A DNA stretch of 64,000 nt, taken from assembly GCF_024521635.1 (NCBI RefSeq), contig NW_026250407.1:1-64000 (forward strand), written 5' to 3'. Below, piece by piece: positions 49,999-61,865 of the stretch. The number at the start of each line of letters is the position of its first letter. Positions within the stretch are counted from its first letter, which is position 1. Both the position numbers and the translations under genes were made by a program. The notes under the pieces are model-generated. The model had not been told where the DNA came from. It did no database searches and was given only the letters and a program-made list of their open reading frames with translations. This DNA is from Tricharina praecox (Eukaryota).

Positions 49999-51279
49999 TT
50001 TCCACGTAGTGGTGGTGGTGGGGCGGAGTTATCTACGAGACGGGATCTGACTTCTGTTGAGCTGTGTCTGTAGGTAGAGTGCCGAAGCCCAAGAAACTTG
50101 TCGATATCGGAGAAGCTGTGAAACTCCGAAGGTGCTCGAGCAGCTTAGATAGCTCCGACCAACAAGCAAAACCCGGTAGTGTATGTATAAGCCCGGACTT
50201 GCCTTGCGTGGCGTCGTAAAAAAAGGAGGACGAACCAATCGGTGCTTCCGTCGATCGGACCTCTTCTTCGGCGGCGGCGACGGCGTTGGCGGCGTTTGAG
50301 TTGAAGGAAATTCGATGCTTCTCCTTTTCCCGACGGTGACTGGTGGTGGTGGTGGTGGTGGCTCGTAGCTACGGCTTACGGGATCGAGGAATAACGTTCG
50401 TGCATCCATCCATCCTACTCCACCGGCACTCAGGCACAGGATCAGGATCAGGGTTTGGCTACCGGCGTCAGCAACGACAACCTCGGCAGGTCCCTTTGTC
50501 ACTTGCTTTTTCAGCCTCTTGGCGACGGACTGAAAACGTGGGGGACATGGAAATTTCACAAGGCCAGTGCGATCCCAGCCAGCCGTTACCCCCTCAGCTC
50601 AGAGGCTCAGCTCGTCTTTCTGTCTTTTGCAAGGGCCAGACTTCCCCAAAGATCCAGATCACGGCCTCGTCTTGGCTTGGCGGAAAGAAGCCGAGGGACA
50701 TGTGCGCAACGGTCATCACTCCCCAACAACAACAAATTCTCCGGAGCCCGAAATCGATGAATTACCGATCCGACTCTGTGCTGAAGCCAGACTGTCTCAC
50801 TTTTCCCTTCGGCCACGGAGTGAGTGGGAGGCCGAAGTTCGAACTTAGACCTCAACAATACCGTAGGTACGCGGGTAGTTAGATATATCTCGTTCCCAAC
50901 AAGCGGAGGAGAGATATGCCGAGGTACCTTCCTATCCTCGCGGTTCGTGGTCGTCGATGTCACGGGCTTTATACCTACATAACCACATGCTCCATATACG
51001 AGTATCTGGTAGCGAAATTGAGGCAATATAGAGATGGAGACCTGGCCCAGTACTAGGTATAGGTACCTAAATCTAGGTAGTCCGAGTCCCGACTTTGAGG
51101 AGTGAATCCAGACTCCAGACTCCAGAGTCTACAGCTAGGCCGGTGTATGTATGTATCCCGACGCCGATAAATAACGAGTATGTACCCCGGGGCTCCTTTG
51201 CAATATCAACCACGTTATTCCGACCACGGGAGGCCATCGAGGACATATTCTTGAGCTCCCACGTTTTTCCCACGTTAAC

Positions 51280-51280
<1 letters not shown>

Positions 51281-51377
<97 letters not shown>

Positions 51378-51391
51378 GGAGGAGGAGGAGG
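51281..51391. repeat. (ATG)~32 followed by (AGG)5 microsatellite
   Basis: Seen directly. Confidence 0.97.
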
Positions 51392-51461
51392 CCTAGGTCG
51401 ACCTATATACAGGTATCCGTAGCCGCACTGCGTGGGGTGCAGTCTTGACTCTTGAGCTTCA

Positions 51462-51945
51462 TGTCATCAGGGTAGGATAGGTAGGATATCTGAAAGACCC
51501 GTCAGTTGTTGTAACTTGTCAGGACTCAGCCCTGCTCGATCGGTTAGCTGTAATTGTCCAAAATTCAAAGCTTGTCGGTCGGTTTGGATCGCGGTTGACG
51601 AGCCGTAAACTGTCTGTCTATAGTAGGTATCAACTTGGTCACTCGCCACAGCGTAGATATCTATCCCCTGAAACGTCCCTCATACATCCAGAGGATCATG
51701 TCCATGATGACTGAGAACCATCCTATGGAGTCATCGTCCACGGAATCATTGCCCGAGAAATTCAAACCGCTCTATTCGTTGTAAAGTTCTTTACTCGTGA
51801 ATATAGAGTCCATGATACACAGGAAAAACATCGCATACAAACACCTCTGCCAGCAACACATAAGGAGGATAGGATCAATCGCTTCACGAGCAAGCATTCG
51901 CCACGGCCCTCTCTGAACAGGACAGGACAGTCTCTCTCTGTGACA
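51462..51945 (+). mobile_element. Possible degenerate solo LTR
   Basis: TGTCA...TGACA ends (alternative start 51517); a ~30-nt stretch near 51550-51575 is ~70% identical to the reverse complement of the LTR head near 4135-4160; no clean TSD. Confidence 0.35.
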
Positions 51946-52041
51946 TAAAAACACCGGATATCTATCTATCTAACGAGCCACGAGTATCGTACGCAAAGCA
52001 AAGACACACAAAAGCACGCAACAAACCAAAAAGCACCCCCC

Positions 52042-54453
52042 TCACACGCCCATCATGCCGCCAACCTCCTTATCCCCCCTCAACGCCATCTTGACCTCCT
52101 CCTCGCCGACAAGACACCTAACGCGGCCGCCCCTCTCCCCCTTCCTCCCCTCAACACTCACGATGCCCGCATCGACCAGCGCCGCCACGGTAGCCGCCAA
52201 CCCCGCGCGCCTCGCGCCGCCAGCGACAACCTCCTTCACGACGTCATCAGCGAGGACCGCCATGCGCTCCGCCTCCTCGAATACATCAGCCAGGAGATTC
52301 TCCGCGACGCCGGAGCGGCGGACGCGGGTCAGCAGCGCGGCCAGGAAGACCTTGCTTGCGCAGGGCAGGAGCTTGAGGAACGTCTGCAGGGGCGACGAGG
52401 TGGATTCCTGGATGGCCTTCTTGATGACGGGAATTGTGACTCTGCCGCCGGCCTTGAGGCCGCCACCACCGCCGATGCTTTCGCGGCGGGACGGGGTGCC
52501 CGGTGCAGTTGCGTCTGGGTGCGTGGAGTCTGCGTACTCGACGATTTCGACGGCGCGCCGGCAGATGTCGAGGGCGCGCCGGGCATCGCCGGAGACGGCC
52601 GCGACCTTGCGTGAGGCGAACTGGATTGCGTCGGCGTCGACGATGTTGCCCGGGACGCCCTCGAGGCGCGAGGCGATGATGGTTTGCAGCTGGGAATGGG
52701 TGTAGCCCGGGAATGTGATGCGCGTGAGACCGAGGCGGGATGAGATCTTGTTCGAAAGCGTTCGCTCGGGAAGATCCATAGTGTTCGCAACCGCCAGCAC
52801 GATCAGCCGCGAGTAACGCCCGCCGGGCCAGTTGAAGAAGTTGTACATTACTCCTTGGCCGCGGGTGACGAGCTGGTCGAGCTCGTCCATCAGGACGACG
52901 CAGGGTACCCGGCGAGGACTTGGAGTGGAGAATTCTGCTTCCAGTAGGCCAAGGGCTTGCGAGGGTGAGACTCGCTCGCCTTTGATGGCTTCCCATAATA
53001 GCGAGTAGGATTGGTGAGGGTCGGTAACTTTCATGCCGTTGATCTCGACAAAGGTGAAGTCGTCGAGTTCTTCGGCTGCCACGAGAGCCTGCAGCTGCGA
53101 GACCACTTCCCGCACGGTGGCCGTTTTTCCGGTGCCAGGTGTGCCGGAAATGTAGATGCAGGAACCGGTGCCCTCTGTGATGGCCGCCGACAGATGTGTG
53201 TAGACTTCCGTAAACTCCTCTTCTCTACACGGCAGCGATGCGGGGAGGGTTGAGACATGGAGACGGTGACGGGCTATGGCATAGGGTGTGGATAGATGTG
53301 TAGCGGCGGAGAGTGTACGAGTGCTGAGCGGCGTGAACAGGAGTGGTTTCTTGATAGTGACCCGTTTATGCGTCGGAGTCGTAAACTTCGCGGGCGTTCT
53401 TCTCGTTGGCGTACCTGCTGCCGGCGCCTTCTGACGTTTCCTCCTGCTAGGCGTCGCCGGGGCTTTGGTGTACTCATCATCCTCATCATCCTCAGCTATA
53501 TCCGCAAACTTATCGTCCTCTGACTCAGACAGCGTTTTATCCCAATCACGATCCCTCTCATCATCGTCACTAACACTATCCCCCTTGACCCTCCTCCTCT
53601 TCGCCCTGCTCCCATTGTGGACATTCGCCAGCGCCTTCCTCGTCGCCTTAGTATTCCTGCGGACATAGTCACCGATGGCAAAGATATCCGTATCGCGGCC
53701 GCGATACAGGTCCTCCCACACAAACTCGTCCGAGTACGTAGCAGTGCGCGGGTTGCATGCGCGGCGGCACACGAAGACCTTCCCGAACTCTTTCGACTTC
53801 TTCGAGACGCCGTCGGGATACTGCTTGTTGAACTCGGCCGGCGACAGGACGATCGCCCGCCCGTTGATCGATGGCAGCGGCACCTCGTCGTATGAGGGGT
53901 TGAGGTAGAGCTCGTTCTGTACGGGTAAGCCACACATCTCCCCCCAAGGGGACGGTAAACCTACCGGTAACGAATCCGTCCTCTTCTTCGCGCCCCGCCG
54001 GATCTCGCTCTCGGTCGAGAACCAGTTGACATTGCACACGCCCACGCCGCCCTCCTTACCCCCACTACCCTCGGCGAACTCACACGCCATACCGACATAG
54101 GCCTCCCCCTTCAACCCCTCGCCCTTAATGAGCAGACAGTCGCCAATGTGCACATCGAAGCTGCCCATGCGCGCTCCGACTATCTTCCGCTCCGTAGCCT
54201 TCCCCTCTTTGTCCTTCCGCTCCTTCCCCTCCTTTTCTTTCCCATCCCTCCCTGTGCCTGTAGAGGGGGAGTAAACCCACTCCCACGGCAAATCCTCAGA
54301 GCCCAGCTCGTCGTCGCTGTCGTCGCGGACCACGCCGCGCAGGCGCGCGCGCGCTTTGGATAGCGCACTGCTGCTGCTGCTGCTGATTCGCCGCTTTCTG
54401 AGGGTTTGTAAGGGCGGTGGCGTGGGCGAGGTGGGTGTGGTAGTGGCTGGCAT
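52042..54453 (-). CDS. ORC1: Origin recognition complex subunit 1 (BAH, AAA+, winged helix); probable intron 53917-53964
   Basis: LPCREEEF, YISGTPGTGKT (Walker A), VEINGMK, VLMDELDQL, ANTMDLPER, RKVAAVSGDARRALDICRRA; N-terminal BAH-like region. Confidence 0.96.
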   Translation of the reverse strand: MPATTTPTSPTPPPLQTLRKRRISSSSSSALSKARARLRGVVRDDSDDELGSEDLPWEWVYSPSTGTGRDGKEKEGKERKDKEGKATERKIVGARMGSFDVHIGDCLLIKGEGLKGEAYVGMACEFAEGSGGKEGGVGVCNVNWFSTESEIRRGAKKRTDSLPVGLPSPWGEMCGLPVQNELYLNPSYDEVPLPSINGRAIVLSPAEFNKQYPDGVSKKSKEFGKVFVCRRACNPRTATYSDEFVWEDLYRGRDTDIFAIGDYVRRNTKATRKALANVHNGSRAKRRRVKGDSVSDDDERDRDWDKTLSESEDDKFADIAEDDEDDEYTKAPATPSRRKRQKAPAAGTPTRRTPAKFTTPTHKRVTIKKPLLFTPLSTRTLSAATHLSTPYAIARHRLHVSTLPASLPCREEEFTEVYTHLSAAITEGTGSCIYISGTPGTGKTATVREVVSQLQALVAAEELDDFTFVEINGMKVTDPHQSYSLLWEAIKGERVSPSQALGLLEAEFSTPSPRRVPCVVLMDELDQLVTRGQGVMYNFFNWPGGRYSRLIVLAVANTMDLPERTLSNKISSRLGLTRITFPGYTHSQLQTIIASRLEGVPGNIVDADAIQFASRKVAAVSGDARRALDICRRAVEIVEYADSTHPDATAPGTPSRRESIGGGGGLKAGGRVTIPVIKKAIQESTSSPLQTFLKLLPCASKVFLAALLTRVRRSGVAENLLADVFEEAERMAVLADDVVKEVVAGGARRAGLAATVAALVDAGIVSVEGRKGERGGRVRCLVGEEEVKMALRGDKEVGGMMGV

Positions 54454-54592
54454 CGTGTCGTAAGTAGACGGGTCTGTGTAGTGGGTGGGTGGGTGGGTGG
54501 ACGGACGGACGGACTGGAAGGTTGGAATTGGTTGACGCGAGTGAGCCTTGAGGCGAGAGGTGGCGCGTTGATGTGGGTCAGGGGGCGGGTTT

Positions 54593-54598
54593 ACGCGT
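54593..54598. promoter_or_regulatory. MCB element (ACGCGT) in the ORC1/GIM5 divergent promoter
   Basis: Exact ACGCGT 140 bp upstream of the ORC1 ATG, with further CGCG cores near 54536 and 54564. Confidence 0.5.
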
Positions 54599-54983
54599 TA
54601 TGCTTGGGTGCTTGGGTGCTGCTGCGTCATTGGCTGGTACTCGCATTCGACATTTATTTGCGTCGAGACTCGAGAGATGTGAGTTGTGAGTTGCCATTGG
54701 CCAATAGCCCCCGCCGGCAGCAACGTAACTCACAATCAGAGCTCTGAGAACTGAATCAAATTGCTTGACTTCACGCAACCACCCGCGAGTCGTTTTTGAT
54801 GAAATGAGTGACACCGCCGAGTGACCCCCCGTGCACCACTACTAGTAGCGCAAGAGCCGCACCCCACCCCCGCCAACCAAACATTCCCCAGCATCAAGCA
54901 TCAAGCATCAAGCCAAACACCTCACCACCACGCCCACCCACCCACCTCCCCTCTCCCCCACCATCACCATCGCCACCGTGACT

Positions 54984-55620
54984 ATGTCAGGCCAACAAAG
55001 TACTTCCCCCCCCTCCCCCTCCCGCCCCCGAAGCACCACTAACACCACCTAGTCGACCTAACAACGCTCCCTCTCGACACGTTAGCGCAGGTCAAAAAGC
55101 AGCTGGACGACGAGCTCGAGCACCTAACCACGTCGTTCACGAAGCTACGGCAGGCGCAGACGCGGTTCAAGGAGTGCATCATCAGCGTCAAAACGGGTGT
55201 GAACGACAGCTGTGCTGGTTAGCCCCCCCCCCCCCCCCCCCCATCCTTTCCCCTCCGTCCCTCTCCCCATCCCCCGTCCCCCCGTCCCCCCCGCGCGCTT
55301 CCTACTAGGTGCTGACCCGAAGGCCCTTAGGCAAAACGCTCCTCATCCCGCTCACCACGTCCCTATACGTTCCGGGGGAGCTCTCGTCGACCTCGCACGT
55401 GATGGTGGACGTAGGCACGGGCTACTACGTCGAGAAGACGACGACGGACGCCGTAAAGTTCTACGCCGCCAAGGTCGACGTGCTGTCCAAGAGCCTGATC
55501 GAGCTCGAGAAGGTGGTCGCCCAGAAGGGCCAGAATGTCAGGGTCGTCGAGGAGGTTATAAGAAGGCGGGTTATGGAGCAGCAACAGCAGCAGGGCCAGG
55601 GAGGGGAGGAGAAGGCGTAA
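54984..55620 (+). CDS. GIM5: Prefoldin subunit 5 (alpha); introns 55000-55052, 55218-55330
   Basis: IDLTTLPLDTLAQVKKQLDDELEHLTTSF..., LIPLTTSLYVPG, VMVDVGTGYYVEK. Confidence 0.95.
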
Positions 55621-56143
55621 GATGTCGCGAGGTCAAGGGAGGGGTTTGCTCGTGAGGGTCATCATGTGCTGGAGGTGAATGGACCTGAACTGAATGGAAC
55701 TGAACTGAACGGCTTTAAGGAGTGAAAGAGTAATAAAAAAACACACATCCAAATCCATCCAATCCAAATCCAAATTTCACAATCGTGAGATATATAAACC
55801 AATGAACCGCAGATATAGCGAACAAGCAAGCAAGCCACAAGCCAAACGACACAAAACACCATCATAACAAATAAATCATCCAGGACATAGTAAAACAGAC
55901 AGACATACATAACACGTAGAAAACTCCCCATACCATCCTCTCCACCTTTCTTGTCGACCCTTGGATCGAAGAAACATAAAAGCACAAAACATAAAGCTCT
56001 CTAGCCAGAAGCATAAATAAAAACAAAAAACAAGAGACATCGTGCATTCCCAGTGTGTTGATTACGACAACCGAGGCGCGTAGCTTGTTGCAACCCGAGT
56101 TTAGCGGCGCCAACGGCTGCGTACGCGACACACAACCGTCAGT

Positions 56144-57576
56144 TTATTTGGCCTTGAAGATGTCGCTCCACTTGATCTTGATGGGATCGACACGCTGTGT
56201 CTGGCCTCCACCAGGCATGTGTGTGATTGTTACTGGCAGAGCCATGGGGTATGGCTGGCCAGCGATCTGGACATACTTGACGTAGCCACCATTGGGACCG
56301 GGAACAGTGGGAGCCTTGTCGGCGGCTTCTTGGATTTGTTGATAGTAGGCTATTGATTTGTCAGTCGACATGCTCCAGAGGAGGAGAAGGGAGAAACATA
56401 CCTCGGATTTCCTTCGTTCGTGCCCAGAGGTACTGCTGCTCAGTCTTCTCGACGAAGCGGTGGACGAGGAAGTAATCAGCCTGTCGCAAAGTTTATTAGC
56501 ATTCGATATCGTAGAGTGTCGAAGAAAAGAAAAAAACTAACCTCTTCGGTGAAAGGAATCCCCCTCTCCTCCAGTGCTTCCTTGCATAGATGCACTTTGC
56601 TGAAGCGGGTGTATGTCTTCTTGCCCGACTGAGCGGCATTGTACTTGGATCGCTCCTCCTGGAGGGCGGCGTCGATCTTCATCTTCAATTCCATCTCCTC
56701 CTTCTCCTTCGCCGCCTTCGCCGCGGCCGCGGCAGCCGCCTGTTGCTCGAGCAACTGCTTGGCAGCATCGGCAATCCTCTTCTTCTCGGACTCCATCTTC
56801 TCCTTCTCCTTCCTCGCCTTCTCTTCCTCCTTCGTTCTCTGGATCTTGATCTGCTCCTGCACCTTCCGCTCGATCTCCTGCTCGCGCAGCTTCTCGAGCC
56901 TTGCCTGCTCGTCCTGCATCCGCTTCTTCTCGGCATCGACCTGCACCTTCTCCAGCTGCTTCTGGACCTCCTTCAACTTCTCTGTCAACTCCTCCTCCTG
57001 GCGGGAGGGGCGGTACACGCCGACCGCATACCGATCATCGTAGCTCTCGTTGCTCGCGCAGCTAGGAGTTCTCGAATGCCGTCGGTGCCTGGACACATCG
57101 CGCGAGTGATCCCTGGAGTCGCCTGCGCCGCCGTAGCTGCTAGTGCTGTACTGCGAGTAGTTATCGTCGTCGACGTAGTACTTCTTCTGCCTAGACTGGG
57201 TGTCGTAGTACTGTTTCTCGGACCTGGGACGGGACAGCGCGCGGCGGCTGTCGACAACGATCTGGCCGCCGCCGCCGCTGCGTCGGCCCCGCTCGGACCC
57301 GCTGCGGCCGAGTGCGCCCCCGTAGCCGCCGGGTGCGAGGTACACCCGCTCGCCGGCGACGTATTCGCCGCGCGCGTGCGAGTTGCTGCGGCTGTGCATG
57401 GCGGACGGCGCTGGGGACGCGGCGACGACGAGCGGGGAGTTGGGCGCATAGTAGTCGGAGTGCGGGGAGAAGGCCGATGGAGGCGGCGGTGGCACTACGT
57501 ATGTTGCGTCCATGGGTGGGGGAGGGGCGGGCGCACTGGCGTATTGGTATTGCGGCACATCGGCGTAGTACGACAT
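56144..57576 (-). CDS. Uncharacterised fungal protein: Pro/Tyr/Arg-rich N-terminus, coiled coil, conserved-looking C-terminal domain (TYTRFSKVHLCKEALEERGIPFTEE..FLVHRFV..QYLWARTKEIR); exons 57576-56542, 56480-56402, 56349-56144
   Basis: Strong codon bias; two GT-AG introns with CTAAT/CTGAC branches join ORFs 56476..57576 and 56144..56371 in frame. Confidence 0.85.
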
Positions 57577-59365
57577 TTTGGCGGGGAGGGGGCGGGGGTG
57601 TTCTGTTTACTATTGGCGGGGGGTTGTGCGGGGGGAGGGAACAGGCAGCTTGCTTGGGATGGGAGGGAAGACGATATGGATGAGAAAGAAACTGTCTCGC
57701 AGTTCTGGATGGACGGAGGGTTTTGTTCGAGGTCCGGATGGGGGTTTAGTAGTGGGGGGGGGGGGGGGGGGGGGGGGGGGATTTTCGCTGAGGGGAGAAG
57801 AGGAGGGGAAAGAGGAAGAAGGTGTGATGGAAGAGGTGGGCAGCGGCGGTCCTTATTAATGGGTGTGGCAGACAGGCAGGCAGGATAGTGAAGTAGGACA
57901 GCGCATAGAACACACAGTAAGGACTTACTCAGGTAACTACGGGCAGGAGGGGGAGGGGGAGAGAGGGGGAGGGGGAGGGGGAGGAGAGGAAACTACGGGG
58001 GAGGGAAACTACGGCACGGGGAGGGGGGAGGGGTTGGGTGGGGTTGGGCGCGGGAGCACAGCACAGCCGCCGCAGAGAGAGAGTGGCCTGGTCAGTGGTG
58101 GTGGGTGCTGCAATGGGGAGGAGAGAGAGGGAAAGGCCGCAGCGAGCAAAGAGGCGGGGCAACCACCTGCCATGCGATGCGGTGCCGGCAAAGCAGAGCT
58201 GGCGGCAAACAGCAACCCCTCCCTGCCTCTCTCGCTCCCTACCAGTCCTCCCAGCCCTCCCCGTCGAAAGCCCCTCACCGCCATACACGAACGCCACCTC
58301 GTCACGAAGAGATGTATTCGGGCAAAGGTGAGCTACTAGCATTCAAGTAACTACTGGTAACGCTGGCCGCTGTTGGCTCATCGGAAGCAAGACCACTCTA
58401 ACACGATGCGATATGTCGCCCAAAACACACGCAGTCCTCTTAATCCGACTGCCTGCTGCTGTGTGCAGTGGCACAGCATGCCGATGGCGAATCGATGACA
58501 ATATCGCCGCTTTCCTGTCTTTCTCCTCGTTCCTCATTCGGCAGCGGGCGGCCCAGGCCAACACCGTATGCAGGAGCCCATCCGTCGCTCAGCCGGTCTC
58601 GAGCGCAAACGCAACGCCTATGCCATTCCGCAGGCAAGAGAGCCTCGAAATCGGTTTATGTATGGGCTTCCGATAGACACAGGAATCTCTGTATGGTAAG
58701 CACAAATGCCTAGCAAAGGTGCAGAGCGATGGCATAGCAGCTAGTTGGCAGGCTACCCAAGTACCTACTATCAGCAGAGCTAGGCATCCATCCTGCCATC
58801 GAGATGCTCCCTCCCCTGCTCTACCGAGAGCTCAATTGACTCACCCCCCCGGCGAGATGGCGGTGTAGGTGTTGGGTAACCAGCTATCCACCCCATGCGC
58901 AGCAACGTACTCTACAGTATTCTACATCGAAACGAAAGAGAAAGAGAAAGAGAAAGAAAAATAAACCCCGGGATATTCTCCATTCTCCATTTCCGCTGTC
59001 GTTGTTTTGCTGTGTTGATCCAGGAACACGCCGTGCCCGCCCGCCCGGCGCCCGCGGCCAACCTCCCTTGCACCGCGGGTGAAATGACCGACCACCACCC
59101 ATGGGTGTTTCAGTATCCGCGGTACTACAGACTACCTACGTAACTACAGCGTGTTCTATTCCTAGGTATCCCTCGCAAGTTCGCATAAGTTTGCCGGTCG
59201 GTGGACACTGGAGGCTGGCGTTTCAGGAATCAGGACCCCCCGTCCCCCAGCGCCCCCGTCCCCCAGCGGCCCCATCCGCCCCCATTCCTCTCCGCCGTCT
59301 TGTCTCTGGAGAGAAGCGAGCATTCCAGTCCTCGTCATCCAATCGCGCGGTTCGGGCGAAAACTC

Positions 59366-59455
59366 ACAATCCAATCCGTTGGTAAGTAGAGCGCTGACTG
59401 GCGACAATCCAATCCGTTGGTAAGTAGAGCGCTGACTGGCGACAATCCAATCCGT
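59366..59455. repeat. 38-bp perfect tandem repeat, ~2.4 copies
   Basis: ACAATCCAATCCGTTGGTAAGTAGAGCGCTGACTGGCG at 59366 and 59404, partial at 59442. Confidence 0.95.
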
Positions 59456-61253
59456 CTGAGCGTGGCTGTGACGGTGACGGTGACGGTGACGGTGATCCAG
59501 TGATCCAGTGAGACGACACACTAGGTACCGGTAGAATAGGTACATGTTAACGAAACGGAGCGTGGCCGTGATCACGAGGCTCCGGGACGACATGACGGTA
59601 GGAGGGTGGGGGGAGGTGGCACGAGACAGATTCCTTTCCTTCCATATTCACCCTGCATGTAGGGTAGGTATGATAGCTACCGGAACAGTTCGTAGGGAGA
59701 AACGACACGACAGTGACGGCACCACATGCGTAAGGCTGACCCCTCCCTTTCCCGTCTATTCAGAGCCTGACCATCGAGTACCATAGAATAAAAACTCAAC
59801 TCACTGTGGCGCAACTGTCACTGAGCTGGCAAACATGAAAAACTCGGAGTCGGCAGAGTGTGGAACAGCGCAGCTCATCAACTTACTCTACCTACTATAA
59901 CCAAGTAAGATGTACTTACTGACTTATTCACACCTTCGCGGGCGGTGGATTCCAGAACTCTAAAGCGTCCGATCGATCTTATCGTGTACCTACTCTACTT
60001 TACAGCCTGTCTGTAAGCTGTCCGAAGGCCTGGCCGACGGCAGAGGGCTGTGAGCGGCGAGTGATTAATCCCTGCAATTTCTGCACAATAGATGGATGGC
60101 AGTGAAGGGAGCCTGGAGGGGAGTGATAGTCAGTGATGCGCAGCATGCAGAATTAAGAATATATCTCGCTCGCATGCTGCAGGACAGACTATGGTACAGT
60201 TGCCCAAGCCTGAGTCTGCGCCTTCGAACCGCTCGCCGTCAATGAACGGCTAATGAAAAGGGATTCTTCACCGCCTGAACGCAAGCACGAGCGAGCGAGC
60301 GATGAGATCGTCACGGACACAGCGGAAGACACAGCTCCCACGGCTACAGCTTTCGACTCAGCGGAGACAGGTGCATAGGTACGCAAGGTCCTCCTTGAGC
60401 CTCCCGTCATAACTAATGGTCCGGCTGGGGCCAGCCGCAATCTCCAACAGCGCCTCACGGTCAGCCTTCAAGCCTGCCACGGACAACGGACAACGGACAA
60501 TGCGAAGCAGTCTCTAGGCTCTGCTACTTCTTACCACCGCTGGCGATCACTACTACTATTTCATGTCCGTACCGAGGTGTCCATACAAAACATTCGAGAT
60601 ACCTATCTCGTCTCGTCTCATTGGCGATTGTGGTCCGGCGAGCTTTTATGCATGCCACAAATACTCGAGACGCCCTCTACTACCCAATCAGTGAGCACAT
60701 CGATGGTCTTGGCTGGCTGGGTGGAATGGGAGTGGAGTGGAGTAATTATGCTGGTGCCAAAATCTATGATTAGACGATGCCAATACTCAGCACTGGGCCG
60801 GAGACTTGATTGATCACTGAGCTGTCTTCCAGCGTAGGTTGGCACAAGCTCAACCACCAAGTGAAGTCCCGTTAGTCTTTCGCCACACGGTCCACGCTTA
60901 AACGCTTAAACGTCGTCATCTACCGCATCTACCGCGTCCACCGTACATAGCCGAGCCCATCTACGGGAGACGAGATTTACTATTACAAGCGTCATCGTGG
61001 CGAGGACGTGGACGAGAACGTGCACGCTGGAGGAAGCATTGAGTAGAGTCCTCCAGGGCCTCAAGGTGCCTCGTTGTGGGATCACCGGTTAAGTTCCGTG
61101 GGAACAACCATAGGTACTAGTACAGTAGTTCCATCCGTCCAACAAGTTCATTATCTCCATCCACCGAGTCTGTGGTAGGTGTGTAGTATAGTAACGTCCC
61201 GCCGCCCTCCCACCGCCCTCCCCCCATCCCGCATCCCCCCCCCCATCCCCCTC

Positions 61254-61675
61254 CTAGCTCCTCCCGCCCTTAAGTATAGCATCCAGCCCCTCCCTCGCAT
61301 TGACATACGTAGTCTCAAGGTACCTCATTTTCTTCTCGAGGTCCGTAATATCGCCCTTAAGGCCCTTCTCCTCATTTTCCAGGCGAGCCTTAACATCAGG
61401 CATCTGTCGGTGCACAAACATTTTCCCGACGCCCTCGAAGACGCGGGTTTCCGCTGGCAGCGAGGACAGTTCCTCGCCCGTCAGCTGCAGCAGTCGGATC
61501 TCGCGGTTGCACGTGCTGATCTGGGTTCGCACCATTTGCAGCTGTTGCAGTGATGATGAGGCGCGGGCGTCGATGTCGGATATTAACTGGGGTGGTGTTA
61601 GTGAGGGAGCAGGGAAGGATAGAGAGGGAGGGCGGGGGGGAGTGCCTTTTGGAGCGCTTCGTTGGGGATCGACAT
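61254..61675 (-). CDS. PFD1: Prefoldin subunit 1 (beta); exons 61675-61646, 61586-61254, GC-AG intron
   Basis: MSIPNEALQK|LISDI...REIRLLQLT..EL..LP..TRVFEGVGKMFV...LEKKMRYLETTY. Confidence 0.92.
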
Positions 61676-61865
61676 GCTTGCTGTGCTGGGCTGGGGGGAT
61701 GGGCGTGGAGGTGGTGCGCGGATTGGAAGTGAAGTGGGAGCTCGCGCGCCATACATATGGTGTGTGGCATGGTGGGGTAGTTACGCGAAAGCTTTAGCGC
61801 GGCTCGGCGGAAGACATGAAGTATCACCCATCGTATTCCCCATCTACCCAAATCTACTAGTACCA

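Noticed and set aside
51095..51448. Poly-methionine ORF
   Set aside because: Artefact of the (ATG)n microsatellite.
57754..57780. Long G/C homopolymers (also ~13165, ~16009, ~55223) as functional G-quadruplexes
   Set aside because: Common slippage tracts in this genome with unreliable lengths; no specific evidence of function.
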